A DNA stretch of 63,753 bases, counting the filler, from Klebsormidium nitens (lineage: Eukaryota > Plantae > Klebsormidiophyceae): the NCBI GenBank assembly GCA_000708835.1. It is 4 parts of 4 records of this genome, joined end to end, with 100 filler letters (N's around TTAATTAATTAA, not from the genome) between each part and the next. Parts side by side here need not be neighbours in the genome. Positions count along the whole stretch, not along the records: positions 31,621 to 43,230 come from DF237799.1; positions 43,331 to 59,559 come from DF238002.1; 2 more parts are not named here. One strand, given 5' to 3'. Under the pieces are notes generated by a model. It worked only from the letters and a program-made list of their open reading frames with translations, searched no databases and was not told the origin of the DNA. Below, piece by piece: positions 40,821-53,129 of the stretch. The position numbers and the translations under genes are program-made. Every line of letters begins with the position of its first letter. Within the stretch, counting starts at the first letter, position 1.

Positions 40821-41230
40821 TGAGATAACAACTGTTAGCTCAAAAAGTTGCTACCGTAAAAATCGACTACCGGAGTTAAGACTTAACCGAGTGGTTAGTG
40901 ATTGTAACCTCGGCGGATCCTCGGCACTAACTTTTGAAGCCAATGTCAGAAGAAGTTGTACAGCGTGTCAGAGACCTGATTGGCTCGTCAGTAAGTTTCA
41001 CGTGAAACTCTGCTAGCTAAACTCTTTCACGCGTGCCAAGTGAGTTCCGGAACTAGAATCAGGTCAAAGAGAAGATGACAATCAGACTGTATATAGTGTT
41101 CGACTAGAGTCCGATTCTACTGTTTGCTAGGTAAAAATCAGACTTTAAGAGAAGCAAAGAAGAAGGACCCGGGCCTACTTTGAGGGAGAAGCTTTCAAGC
41201 AAATAAGCGCTTACAACCATCTTGTCTTCA
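40821..41230 (+). repeat. Putative 3' LTR (TG...CA)
   Basis: TGAGATAACA follows the PPT, TATATA at 41090-41095, candidate end TCTTGTCTTCA at 41230. The right end cannot be confirmed without a second copy. Confidence 0.55.
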
Positions 41231-41489
41231 TGCTCACAGCTATCCATGCCCACAGTGTTCTATGATACTAACTTGCCTACGCTAGCTTCCGCCGTGTATG
41301 AAAGTGAGCATTGATAGCGCCGCCGCATAGATTGTGTGTACATAGCGTTATGGGGTAGATTAGTGTGTTAGTTGTGTAAAGTGCATACCCTGAACACTTT
41401 ATGTGTTCAGTCATCACTACTTCCTGCGCCGACCGCGAGTGCATAATCTGTACATCATGCCGTAGATTGTGAGTAGTAAGTTTTTGAGG

Positions 41490-42500
41490 GGAGTGATTTA
41501 TGAGATAACACAAAGTCACATCCGAATCGACTATCTGGAGCGCTATGTTAGACACTTGGTCAACCGTCCACAAGTTCGGATCCAAATGCAGGTGATTCAA
41601 GTGACTTTCGACTTTGCTGGCCATGTGTTTGGCCTTGAGACAGTCTAGCAGCTTGAACACGCTTTTCTGCTCGGGTTGGTTGAGAGTGACCATGAGGAAC
41701 TTCATTCTCCGAAACGTGTTCGCCAGCGACTCTCCCTTGTTCTGCGTAAACAGGTTGTACTCGCTTATCTTGGCGCTCGAACGTTCAAGATACAAGTCCT
41801 CAAGCATCGCCCAGAGCCTTTCCATCGGCTGAAAGTACAGCTTCTCAAAAGCAGGTGCCACTGCCCGTACAGACTGTGCCACTGCCCGTACAGACGGTTC
41901 CCCGCTAGGCGTAGTTCCCCTATTGTTCACAGCTACCGTGAGCATAGTAGGAGTCCCTGAGAAGGGATCACAGAGCGTACCTGCCTTCCTTCCGAGATCG
42001 ATTTGTCCCGGGTTCAGTGGAAGACAGAACGACCAGAGTGTCGAGTGGATCCTTGCTGAAAGGATCCGCGACGTTGTTGTTCCCGGCCCTAAATACTCAG
42101 TTAATCGGGCCGAAGCGCTGAAGGAACTCAGACCACCTTGCTTGACGTCTTGACAGAGTCGGCTGAGTCTGAAAGAATGTATTGGAGACATGGTCAGTGA
42201 CTACCGTGAACGTAGCACCCTCCAAATAACATTGCCACGTCTTCAGAGCGTGAACCACAGCAAGCATCTCGCTTTCAGTTGTGTGGTAATTCTTTTCTAC
42301 GTCGTTGAATTTTCTGGACTCGAAAGCCGCACATGTTGACCTTCTTGCAGCAGAACTGCACCCAGACCAACAGCAGACGCATCAGTGACTACTTCATATG
42401 GGAGCTTCTCATTGGGCGTTCGGAGGAGTGGCGCTTTGGTCAGACAGTGTTTCAGTGCAAGAAAAGACCGTCGACAACGGTCCAAGCCCACGGGGTTGAA
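41490..42500 (-). mobile_element. Second Ty3/gypsy remnant: RNase H fragment followed by a gag-like fragment
   Basis: 42500-42050: LTKAPLLRTPNEKLPYEVVTDASAVGLGAVLLQ / AFESRKFNDVEKNYHTTESEMLAVVHALKTWQCYLEG..VVTDH..RQARWSEFLQ (hand frameshift). 41850-41500: WAMLEDLYL..FTQNKGESLANTFRRMK, gag-like. Confidence 0.8.
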
Positions 42501-43230
42501 TCAGCGTGGTCAGTGGTTTAGCTAGCGAAGCGAGACTCCCAAACGCGGCCCGGGATGAACTCCAGGCCGGCCCGAATCGTAGAGTGCCGGTGGGGAATCA
42601 AAACCGGCTTCCATGCACGACCCCGGCCCATACCGTATGAAACTGAAAGCTGCACAAATCCGGCCTCCATGGCCCCCGGCCTCGAAAAGCCAAAGAACCG
42701 GAGTTTGGTACACCAAATTCGCAAATGTCTTTATAGCAGCAATAATATCAGTAAAAACTACAATAACAATGTCGTTGTCAAAAATAGTACGTACGTGCGC
42801 GGTTGGCCAAGCCAACTCACTGTCAAGCAGACATTGCGACATCACCCAGTTTTAATGAGGTGACCGGAAATAGCGTCCGTAAAGTTATCTCCACGGCCTA
42901 CGAAACCTGACGACACTGGCAGAGTGCATGATGGCACCAGAAGTGCTCCTCGTACGTGCCGCCCTATGATGAATAGCTCTGGTTTGAATGCGCTGCAAAC
43001 TGACTGAGATGCGCCGCACTTGTAATATTGCGGTAATCGAGATGCCTCCTCGGCACTCTAGCTCTCATCAATATTGATCTCTCAAAGCTGTGATTCCAGC
43101 ACACTGCACAAACATACCAGAAAAGCCATCGAACTGGCCATCATGGGACCAGAATAACGACTTCCGAGTCATGCCCATGATGTATCGAATATACTACACC
43201 CGGGTCAATAAGTTTTGTAACGAGCATTAA

Positions 43231-43330
43231 NNNNNNNNNNNNNNNNNNNNNNNNNNNNNNNNNNNNNNNNNNNNTTAATTAATTAANNNNNNNNNNNNNN
43301 NNNNNNNNNNNNNNNNNNNNNNNNNNNNNN
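43231..43330. other. Artificial assembly spacer
   Basis: 44 N + TTAATTAATTAA (43275-43286) + 44 N. Confidence 0.95.
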
Positions 43331-43876
43331 GGTGGGACGGCGCGAAGCGGAGCGTCGGGAGCTCCGGACGGTCACGATTCAAAGTTAGAACGTTAGAACG
43401 CGTTCTTTCCGATCATCGCAACGGTTTGTACGCAAGTCTGTACAAGGTGGAAACGTTCTATTGACCAACCAAAAGACTAGGATATCTTAGAACGAAAATT
43501 CCTCTAACCGTCGACAAATTAGCAGATCGACGGTGGAGCTTTGAGGTTCGAACGCAACTCGTCCGACACTCGTGCCACCACAGAATTCAAAATTTGGGAT
43601 TTTGGAGAAGTTGCAGCAGGAGCCTGGTACTACTACGGTACCTAAACCAGTGCCACTGTACCATGAGTGGTTCTGATTGACCTCAGGCTGCCTTTGCCAT
43701 TGGCGATTCTCAGCTTGGGAAGGAAGAGGCTTTGAACAGCTCCCGAACAGCTTCATTGAAGCTGCATGGGTTGCATGTATTCCCGCATGTGGCAGATTAC
43801 CTGTTGAGGGGGAAACGGTGCTTCGGGGGTGCTTCGAACAGAGCAGTGAAAGGAAGAGCTAAGGTATTTGGCAAGG

Positions 43877-46800
43877 ATGGCATGTTCGAAGCTCAAGCCG
43901 CCTGCTGATTGGGACGCTCCAGGCACAACGGTGCCCGAAGAAGGTTTCGAGATTGTAAAGAATCATCCGCTGCTGCCCTGGCTCAAAGGCTATTTGCTCA
44001 AGCATAAGTTTCCTAGCGTAGAGAATGGCCAGCTCAAAGGGGTCTTGGACCTTGACTTCTTCCCTGACATCATCCTTTCCCCTCCCAATCCAGTGCTCCT
44101 CGCAAACCCAACAGTCCAGGATTTCTATTGGAAGGACACAAAGGTGGTAATCTGTGCCCCTGATGTCTTCCACAACAAGTTCTGTCCAGGGGGGAAAATC
44201 CCCTGCCCGCGATGCAGAAACCCAATTGGCGTTGGCCCGGATGGTTGGGAAAGAGATTTTCGGGTAGCTCATGGGATTGCTTGCACCTTCCTCATCCTCG
44301 CCAAGCGCTACCGCTGCAAAGATTGCATCCAGGCTAGGAGAGAGGGCAGCGGAAAAGCCACCTCATTCAATGCGCTCAATCCAGTCAGCTTAAGCCTCCT
44401 GCACCCTTTGATTGACCAGCAGCTGCCCTTCAGGAGAACGCACAGGGGTGCTCTTCATCGGCCTCTGGTTGATCTCATAGACAGGGACGTGCTCAACAAG
44501 AAGTCATTCCTTGACGAGCACGACATGCTGAAAGAGCTAGCGTACTCGAACTACTACAGAGCTCATCTCCTGAGCCTGTCTTACGAAGATGCAATGCAGG
44601 CCTTGAGGAAGCAGGGGATGCTGTGTTTTGCCACACCCAAACCGCTCGAGCCGTTCAGCTCCTTCTCTGACCCTGCCGGGTATCGGGGCGGCTCTCCGTC
44701 CGCTAGCTACCTCACACAGGTCTACAAAGATGACTGCGAGGAAAGGTGAGCACAACTCTTGCGTACCTGTTTCATTCTCTGCTTGATTGGGTAGAGCACA
44801 CTGTCTGCTTTACACTGGACATTTCTTTTTAGGAGAAGGTCTTAAAACACAAGTTCATTGCTCACTTTCAATGTCTAGATTGCCAGCTCGCGTATGGAAG
44901 AGGATTAAAGTTGCGTGTCCTCTGTGGTGCCTCTTTGTAAGCTGCTCACAACTGCTAAGGACCGAACCAAGGAGCTCAAGATTGCTAAGTACTGCTAACC
45001 AGCTCAAGACTTCTGAGGACTGCTAAGGAGATCAGGACTGCTCAGGATTGCTAAGGACGATATGCATCCAGTACATTGAGTGCAAACATTTTAACATTCT
45101 GTTGCAGCCGAGAGTACGTCACAAAGCGGCTGTGCACTTACAGCGGCCGAACGGTGTGCGCGGATCACACCTTCCAGACAATGAAGGCTATCCGGCAGGG
45201 TCAAGAGCAGAGGTTTGAGGCATTGCACAGCTTCATGAACGAGCATGCGCAGATCTGCTCGTCAATCTTCGTGGAGAGCACAAGTATGGAGGAGTGCCTT
45301 ATGCAGGCGCGACTCTTTTACGAGCGCTGTATTGCGTTGGGCCTGGAGGTAGGATACCCCACTTCAAAATGAAACATGAGATTCCAATCTCAAACACTTG
45401 TGGAATGAAGTTGCTTTCAATCTGATGGTCTTTGCTGGAGAATATTAACAATATGCACGCTCTTGCAATCACATGAGTGCCGATTCAAAAGACGTTGTCA
45501 AAAGCCAGTCTGCCAAAGACGCAGTAGCATTTCGTGGGTCAATCTTGGTATTTGTAGTTGGTTCATGCTTGTGGCTCGGTCTTTTAAAAGCTTATCTGCT
45601 GGCAGGTACCCGAGATCCTCTACCTCGACAATCCAGACCTAGTAGGCGCAGCATACCTGGGGGCCTTGCACTCATATGGCTTGAAGCACGTCAAGCTGGA
45701 CTTCTTCCACTTTCTGAGCCGCCTGAAGAAGCTCTTGTACGAGACGCATTCTCTAACAGGTGAGTAAATTCTGAACCCTTGAGAGCAGTCTTGGTCAAAT
45801 TTTTTTGCTTTGACAGGATCACAAGGAGAAAGTCATAGCCTTTCGCAGTCCAGACTATCGTGCGAAACCTCAGCTTTTAAGAGATTGCAAAAATCCAATC
45901 AGGCTATTTTCAAGGGATTGACCAACACACCAAGCTGGTTAGCACTCAACGTCAGGTGCACATGTACTTTGTGATAATCTATGGTGCTTGTAGGCCTGAT
46001 TTGAAATATCTTAGATGCTGGCCATTGAATGGTCCCTCAGATTGGTGTGCAAGAACTTTCCACCAGCAGACTGCCAAACTGATGATGTTCTCTTGTCTCA
46101 AAGCTGGAGATTGGTCAACACTTGGAGCGAGCTGATTTGCAACGTTGACAACTTTGCTTTTCCTTACTAATGCCTGCACTCTGCACTTCTCTTAATTCAG
46201 GGCCCTTGCTTCGGATGGTGGTGTGCGCGCTGTTTACTATCAACCGTGCTGACGAGCTGGCCCTGCGCAAGTACCTGCGATCGGAGCGGAACATGTCGGA
46301 AAAGGAAATTATCGGGCTCGGATCTGCCTACTTCTGGAAGCGCTGCAGAAGGCACTCTCGACCAAAGGAGGAGCAAGCAGCTATGTTCGAGCGAACCGTA
46401 CGGGTAAGAGTGGGCAATCCATCGCTAAAATCAAGCTCTGATCCGAGCACCTGTCTTGTTTACACCATACGACTAGTCTGTCTTGCTGAGCAAGTTGGTC
46501 ATGCATCCAGACCCTAGTACATCAAACTCAAGTTCGCTCCTTCATGACAAACATCAAGCTGTAAATCCGGACTTTGGAGCGACACAGGACTGCCCACACG
46601 TACGAGCTTTGTGGCCTTCTGACAATCATGTCGATTGTATGCAGCACTTCCAAGCCACAGCCGACATTGAGAACGGGCTTCCTCTCTTCATGGGGACCAC
46701 GGAAGACCAAGAGCGCGCCATCAACCGGCTGATGGGACTCATCAATGACGACTTTCTGACAGGTGGGATATCTATAGAAATGCAAAATGCAGATCCGAGG

Positions 46801-49800
46801 GGATCCGAATGCTCTTGATGGCACTTCAATGCTGTAATCCTTGAGCCTTTGCATATGTATGAAGCACCGGAGGTGATCACTTTGACAACGAGACACCTCT
46901 TTCGTGCTAGCCCATGTTTCTCGAGTTATATGTTTGCTTGGACAACTTTATATTGGTTGCGTACTCAGACCTGGCTCGTGTCCAAAATCAAGCAGACTTC
47001 TCCACTTGCAGATCCTCCTGGTCCGATGTACACGGTTAGAAGCAAGCCGGGAGCCAAGCTGCCGACATATGTGAGCAAGAGAGGGTCCAGCAAGCAGGAG
47101 GGGTGGCACTCCCACGTGAACGGCGTCTGCTCCGGAAACAACAACAGCCCACAGCTTGCTGGGGACCAGATATGCCGGTTCATCCTCCGGTACGTGAAGG
47201 GATTCGGACGGTTTAGAATCTGGCTCAAAGAGTTGTTTGTGAAAGATCTTGATCTGGTTCAAACTTTTGTTTGTGAAATTCGTCCATGATTACACCCAAT
47301 GCCGAACTCCGTTTCTGGTTCCATCCAAAGCTTCTTCTGTTTATTCGAAAAGACTTTTGTGATCTGGTTCTTTTTCAGGTTCCGATGCATACCTTGCTTT
47401 AGCCTCCCTACTTTTCAGATTATCGTCTTTGGTCAATTCGTTCGACTTCACTTTGGAGGCTATCACCATGCTTATGTCATAGGCGGTGTGATTTTTGTAC
47501 TCTCTCGCCGATTCAAGCACGACGCTTTGGGTGAACAGACTTTCGAACCCAATGATATTCCTCTTTGCAGGTGGAACATCGATGCAGGCATCCGCAACAA
47601 GGGCGAAGAGGACCTGCACACATACAATGGCCGCCTGATAGAGTCGATCCAGAAGGCCGCCGCAGCTGTGCAGAAACCGAATCCCTATCCAAGCTGGAAA
47701 CCAGTTCCGGCAGACTTCGTCCCAAGGGAGGTTTTTGGGGCTGAGAGGTTGCCGGAAGCGCCTGCAGTTGAGATCCCCGTCGAGCAGGCCCAGGAGATGG
47801 ACCATCTTCCGGAGCTCGAAGAGGTAAGTGCTCAATTACATGGGCAACTTGGTATATTACTCATTTAACTTAAGTGTGACCAACAGTTAACCTCCGACGG
47901 TCTTTTGAGACGAACGAGATTGGAGGTTTTCAATCGTCTTGGTGCACGTTGGAAGATAGAGACGGACTTCAGGTTTGCTGGCGAACAACTTTGATCTTGT
48001 CCAAGTTTTGAATTTAACCGGAACCTCGCCTCGTTTTCGGCAAGTGGACCCGTCGATTCTTTCCCAAAGGGCAGTTGGTAAGTAGATTAAATAGCACCTG
48101 GTAACCGAATCCTTTTAAAAACGTCCTGTTTTGGAACCTTCTTGGATTTGTTTTTGGCTAGTGAGCGTTTCAGGTTTGGCATGCATTATCAAACGATCAT
48201 TTCAGATCGGAAACTTTCTTTGCAGGGTTCGTTTGACGACCCCGCTATGCTGCCCGCTCGGCCTCCGACTCCGTCCAAGAGAAGCGACAACCTTGGAAGC
48301 GGAAGCCTTTTCGGCGCGCCACCTGCAACAGTGGGCCTGACTGCGGGGTCTTGCCCGGCCGCAAATCTGGGGGAGGGCTGCGAGAGCGGTCCCTGGATGC
48401 CGCCGACCGCGGGCCCGTCCGGGGGGGTCCGTTCGCCCGCGGTCCTGGGTAGGAGCCGCCCCCAAGCTCCGCCGACCGTGGGCCTGTCCGGGGGGGCTCG
48501 TTCGCCCACGGTGCTGGGGAGGGGCGGCGAAAGCGGCCTCCAAACGCCGCCCACTGTGGACCTGTCCGGAAGGGTCCGTTCGCCCGGGGTTTTGGACGAG
48601 GACGGCCCCCACATGTCGCGGACCATGAGCCTGACTGGGGGGTTCCGTTCGCCCGGAGTTCAGGAGGGCGGCGGCGAAAACGGCCCCCAAACGCCGCCGA
48701 CTGTGGGCCTGTCCGGGGGGTGCCGCTCGCCCACAGTTTTGAGGGTGGGCAGCGCGAGCGGCCTCCACGTTGCGCCAACTCCCGGCCTGTCCGGGGTTTC
48801 CNNNNNNNNNNNNNNNNNNNNNNNNNNNNNNNNNNNNNNNNNNNNNNNNNNNNNNNNNNNNNNNNNNNNNNNNNNNNNNNNNNNNNNNNNNNNNNNNNNN
48901 NNNNNNNNNNNNNNNNNNNNNNNNNNNNNNNNNNNNNNNNNNNNNNNNNNNNNNNNNNNNNNNNNNNNNNNNNNNNNNNNNNNNNNNNNNNNNNNNNNNN
49001 NNNNNNNNNNNNNNNNNNNNNNNNNNNNNNNNNNNNNNNNNNNNNNNNNNNNNNNNNNNNNNNNNNNNNNNNNNNNNNNNNNNNNNNNNNNNNNNNNNNN
49101 NNNNNNNNNNNNNNNNNNNNNNNNNNNNNNNNNNNNNNNNNNNNNNNNNNNNNNNNNNNNNNNNNNNNNNNNNNNNNNNNNNNNNNNNNNNNNNNNNNNN
49201 NNNNNNNNNNNNNNNNNNNNNNNNNNNNNNNNNNNNNNNNNNNNNNNNNNNNNNNNNNNNNNNNNNNNNNNNNNNNNNNNNNNNNNNNNNNNNNNNNNNN
49301 NNNNNNNNNNNGGGCCTGTCCGGGGGGTTCTGTTCGCCCGCTGTCCTGGGGAGGACCCGCCCCCAAGCTCCGCCGACTGTGGGCCTGTCCGGGGGGCCCA
49401 GTTCGCCCGCTGTTCTTGGGGGGGGCGGAGAGGGCGGCCCCCACATGTTGCGGACCGCGGGCCTGACCGGGGGGTTCCGTTCGGCCGGAGTTCTTGGGGG
49501 GGGCGGCGAGGGCAGCCCCCATATGTCGCGGACCGCGGGCCTGACTGGGGGGTTCCGGTCGGCCGGAGTTCTTTGGGGGGGCGGCGGCGAGGGCGGTTCC
49601 TGCATGCCACCGATCGCGGGCCTGTCTCGAGGGGTCCGTTCGTCCGGAGTACTTGGAGGAAGCGACAAAACCGTCCCCCAAACGTCACCAATGGTGAGTC
49701 TGACCTTGGGCTCCTTCGATGAAGAGAGCGCTTGTTCAAATGAGCAAGACTTGAGTCCTTCTCACTTTTCGGAGGGTGTGTCAGCTTAGGGCTTCCGTAA

Positions 49801-51158
49801 TACAGGGGCAAAGAACGCCCGTCCAACGACTTCAATGTTGTGAACATTGCTTTAAGGCCGCTTGCAATCTAAGTGCTTTGTAAGTGTCATCGAACTTTGA
49901 GTTCGGCCAGCGATAATCACTCAATTTCCCCCTCCATTCAGGGTCCCGTTTATGAGGGCAACGGGAAACCGGACCTGCACGGGACTGGTTCGCCGTCTCT
50001 TTATGCGGACTTGGATCATGAGCAGGTACCTAACGTTCCTGATCAATGAACAGGATTTGAGTAGGATTGAAAGCTGTGCTTGAATCAAGGGCGTTGCCTA
50101 GAATTCTATGTACTCGCGGCAATTGATAAGTTTATCGGAAGCACCTGCTTGCACGCGGTTCAATTTGTGTACTTTATATTACAAACAAGCTCTTTAATAA
50201 CTCTATGATTGCCTTCGATTTCTTCAGATTCTCGCTCAAGAGAAGCCGGTTGGTAGACAGAGTCTTAAGCGGCCCAGGGTTGAAAACGTAAGAAACATTT
50301 TCTTCCTTCTCTACCGAGCATCGAAACATGCGGAGAGCTGCTTTTTGACTGAACAATGCTTTCAACCGCGCATATTGACTAGAGGCACGGCCTTGTCTAT
50401 TCGACTGACATCCCAAATTGTTGTATGCTGTCCAGACCACTCGAAACACAAGCAAGCAACGGAAGCTCTCCGCTGCCGCTGTGAAGAAACAGCCCGTGTC
50501 GGCGGCAAGATTCAGCCTTCCAAGAGTGACGCGACGTATTCATTCTGAGGCGGAACGGCGGCTATTTTTTGAGTTGTGTCCGGTAGAAGGAGGCATAAAG
50601 TGGGACGATTTCACCCGGCAATACAATTTCCGGGTCAACGAGGCGCTCCGGGCAAGTCGGAATTCTTCACGCGTTGAGATCACCGACCTCGCCCTCAAGC
50701 AAAAGAAACATCTGATTGAGTTTGCTCGGGGCTTAGTGGACCAGCAAATTGTTGACGCCTCACTCGGATGGTCCACTGACGCGGTTACACGCTTCCAGGT
50801 ACTTCAACACGACCTCCACGAGAAGAGGTCAACGCCCATACCATCATCCATGCCCACAAATCTCGCCATGCCAGGTTCACCTGGCCCATTCACAACATCC
50901 ATGCCACCATCCGCCACTAGACCGTCACCAGAACAGGTGTCAATTGGTGGTAGTATGATTTTGGGGCAAGATCTAGGTAGGCCGCCCGTGAGTCAGCGGC
51001 CTTTTTCTTTTATGCGGCAACCTCCTGCGGCGAACGCTCCACCAAAGAAGTTGCCACGTGGCAAAGCGAGCGCCGGGAAACCAAGGCATTGTAGTAAGTG
51101 TCATAGGCTCATCAAGGGCACCGGTCATTATTTAGGGAAAAAGTGCCCTTATACTTAG
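43877..51158 (+). CDS. Putative DDE transposase-like protein (DUF6729-like Cys-cluster N-terminus), 11 exons, roughly 1400-1450 aa
   Basis: Exons 43877-44745, 45108-45348, 45606-45759, 46201-46403, 46645-46762, 47012-47189, 47571-47823, 48226-49693 (contains gap), 49942-50025, 50228-50287, 50436-51158: GT-AG, phase-compatible, no stops in sequenced parts. Motifs CPRC..RYRCKDC, ADHTF, LYLDN, KLDFFH, DPPGPMY..LPTYVSKRGSSKQEGWH, terminal CSKC..GH..C. The family name is from memory of the motif pattern. Confidence 0.72.
48371..49660 (+). repeat. Coding GC-rich minisatellite, ~69-81 bp units (PPTVGLSGGxRSPxVLGxGGExGP)
   Basis: At least 6 units before and 5 after the N-gap at 48802-49311. Confidence 0.9.
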
Positions 51159-51852
51159 AGTCGTTTTGTACAATTGACGGTTATGAAGTAGAGTGAAGTA
51201 CGTCGCTGTAATGTCATTGGATATGTGATTGCGACGAGTTCATGTTGAGTGCTGAAAATAGAGTTATCAATGTTTTCAGATGTGGACCGTTGTTGTACGA
51301 TGAAGTGTTGACCGCAGCTGTGCAAGGAATAGTTTCTTTGATTGTAGTCTCTTAATTGTTGCAAATCAAAGAACGTCATGGCGCCTAAGTTCAAACATGA
51401 GACTATCTACAACGGCCGTGCTAAACTAATTCTGCAGTGCAAATCTGGCTTGCTCAACGACAATCATTTACTACGACAAGTTGTATATGCACGTTAATAC
51501 TGGTATACATGATGATTTGCATACTCAAAGCCATGCGAAAACACCAACTACGCGAAGCGCACATCCGTTTGGGCCGCATTCTGACGGTCACCGTACAGGC
51601 GGCCGCGCTGTCTGGCTGTCGCGCACGTACGGTACTACTAGTGACCGGAGTCAACAGAATTGGCGCGCGGATGACCGTTCTGCCGCCGGCGCGGCCGGGG
51701 CCGGGGAGTACGGCCGGCCGCGTGTGTTCTTACAATTTTAATTTAATTGCATGATCCGATCCGACCGGACGATACGTCGATGGAGGCGTTCATAGCTTAT
51801 CGATCCTGGCCGGCTTCGCCGGCCGTTGATCGCCTTCGGCGACCGACGGTCA

Positions 51853-51892
51853 TTAGAACGTTTTGGGAGGGGGCCCTCCCGGGCCCCCTCCC
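51853..51892 (-). other. GC-rich 12-bp hairpin followed by CTAA-T (Helitron 3'-end-like)
   Basis: GGGAGGGGGCCC-tccc-GGGCCCCCTCCC at 51865-51892. On the minus strand, 8 nt then CTAA (51856-51853) then T. Confidence 0.3.
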
Positions 51893-53129
51893 GACCTTGT
51901 TTTTGCCCGGTTTTCCCTCCCGACCCTTAGAACGCGGCCCGTGGGATGAGCTCTCGCGGTGAGTCGGATGGATGGATCTGGAGTCTACGGTAGTACGCTC
52001 TTGGTGATTGCTTATAGCCTTGTGGGTTCTCATCATCAGGATCGTCGCCTTGGCTTTGCAATCTTCCCGCTGAGTAATCGCCCTGGCCAAGGTTCAGAAC
52101 CGCGCAAACTAAAACGGTTGAACGGTCCAAAACGGCCGGCCGCTCGACAGTCGCTGCTTACGTCGATCACGTTTGCATATAAGCTAGGGTTCTTTCTTTA
52201 CTGCGGCATAATTGAAAGGCTTTAATTAATATCTCCGAATCGAGCATGCTGGATTGCGGATGCCAAGGACAAATGCGATCATGCAATGATCGATCAGACC
52301 AATCTGTGAATGCGTTCCGCCAGGGACTCCATCTTCGGCGGCATCTCCATGCAAGTTAACCAAGTATTTGAAACCTAGCACGAAGGTTTCTGCGGTGAAT
52401 TAGACCTAACACAGCTTCGTGTTCAACAGCAAAGCACAGATGCGGCTTCAACTGGTTTCGCAGTAGGTATATTGGTTCAACACGTCAACCCGTTCAAGCT
52501 TAGTGGGACTCCGCCTCTCGGTGCCTTTCATGGACCGCATGGACAACCGGCCTGTCTTCCGTCGGCCCCACCCTTTCATTTCACTTCCGAAGTAGGCCTT
52601 GTCAGATACGCCACCCCGATGCCATGTTCAACACACCTGAACTCTCGAGCTTTCTACAATTATTCCAGGTTTTCCCCGCTTCATTCGCGCCCTTGGCGCC
52701 CCACACTTTCATTTTCCCCTCAACCACGCCATATTTTACCTTCCGCCGTCTCTATGCGCCTGGTTTCCGTTCACGGCTCCCTCCTCGCATATCCTGCTGT
52801 CCGCTCCCTTCGGCGCCACGTCATCCAGGCTGACGTCATCGTCCTCGTCGTTGCAGGCGGCATCGCCCCAGATCTCATTCTCCTTGTCCACTAAACCAAC
52901 AATTTTTGCACGCCCCCCTCTCTCCCCTAGTTCCCACTCTTATCGTATCCTCTCTCGCCTCTTATTCCCCTCCCTTCTAACCATACCTCCGTCTCCTCTC
53001 ACACCCCTCTTTTCTCACGCTTCCTCCATCTCTTGCACGCTTCTCTCCTTATATGCCCCATCCCTTATTGTCTCTCTCAGCATAAGCCCCTGCTTCCTAT
53101 TATAACCTCTTACACCTCCTTCTCTATAC

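Larger units (their letters stand above)
32018..41230 (+). mobile_element. Decayed Ty3/gypsy LTR retrotransposon (gag-PR-RT-RH-INT, extra 3' ORF, PPT, 3' LTR)
   Basis: Domain order PR-RT-RH-INT is diagnostic for Ty3/gypsy. Several premature stops and frameshifts. No 5' LTR or PBS is visible because the block starts at the spacer. Confidence 0.93.

Noticed and set aside
39352-49847. Long ORFs in the track containing X runs (39352-40425, 39828-40562, 48189-49847 minus frames, 48720-49466)
   Set aside because: They are antisense or off-frame shadows of low-complexity GC-rich coding sequence, extended through N gaps.
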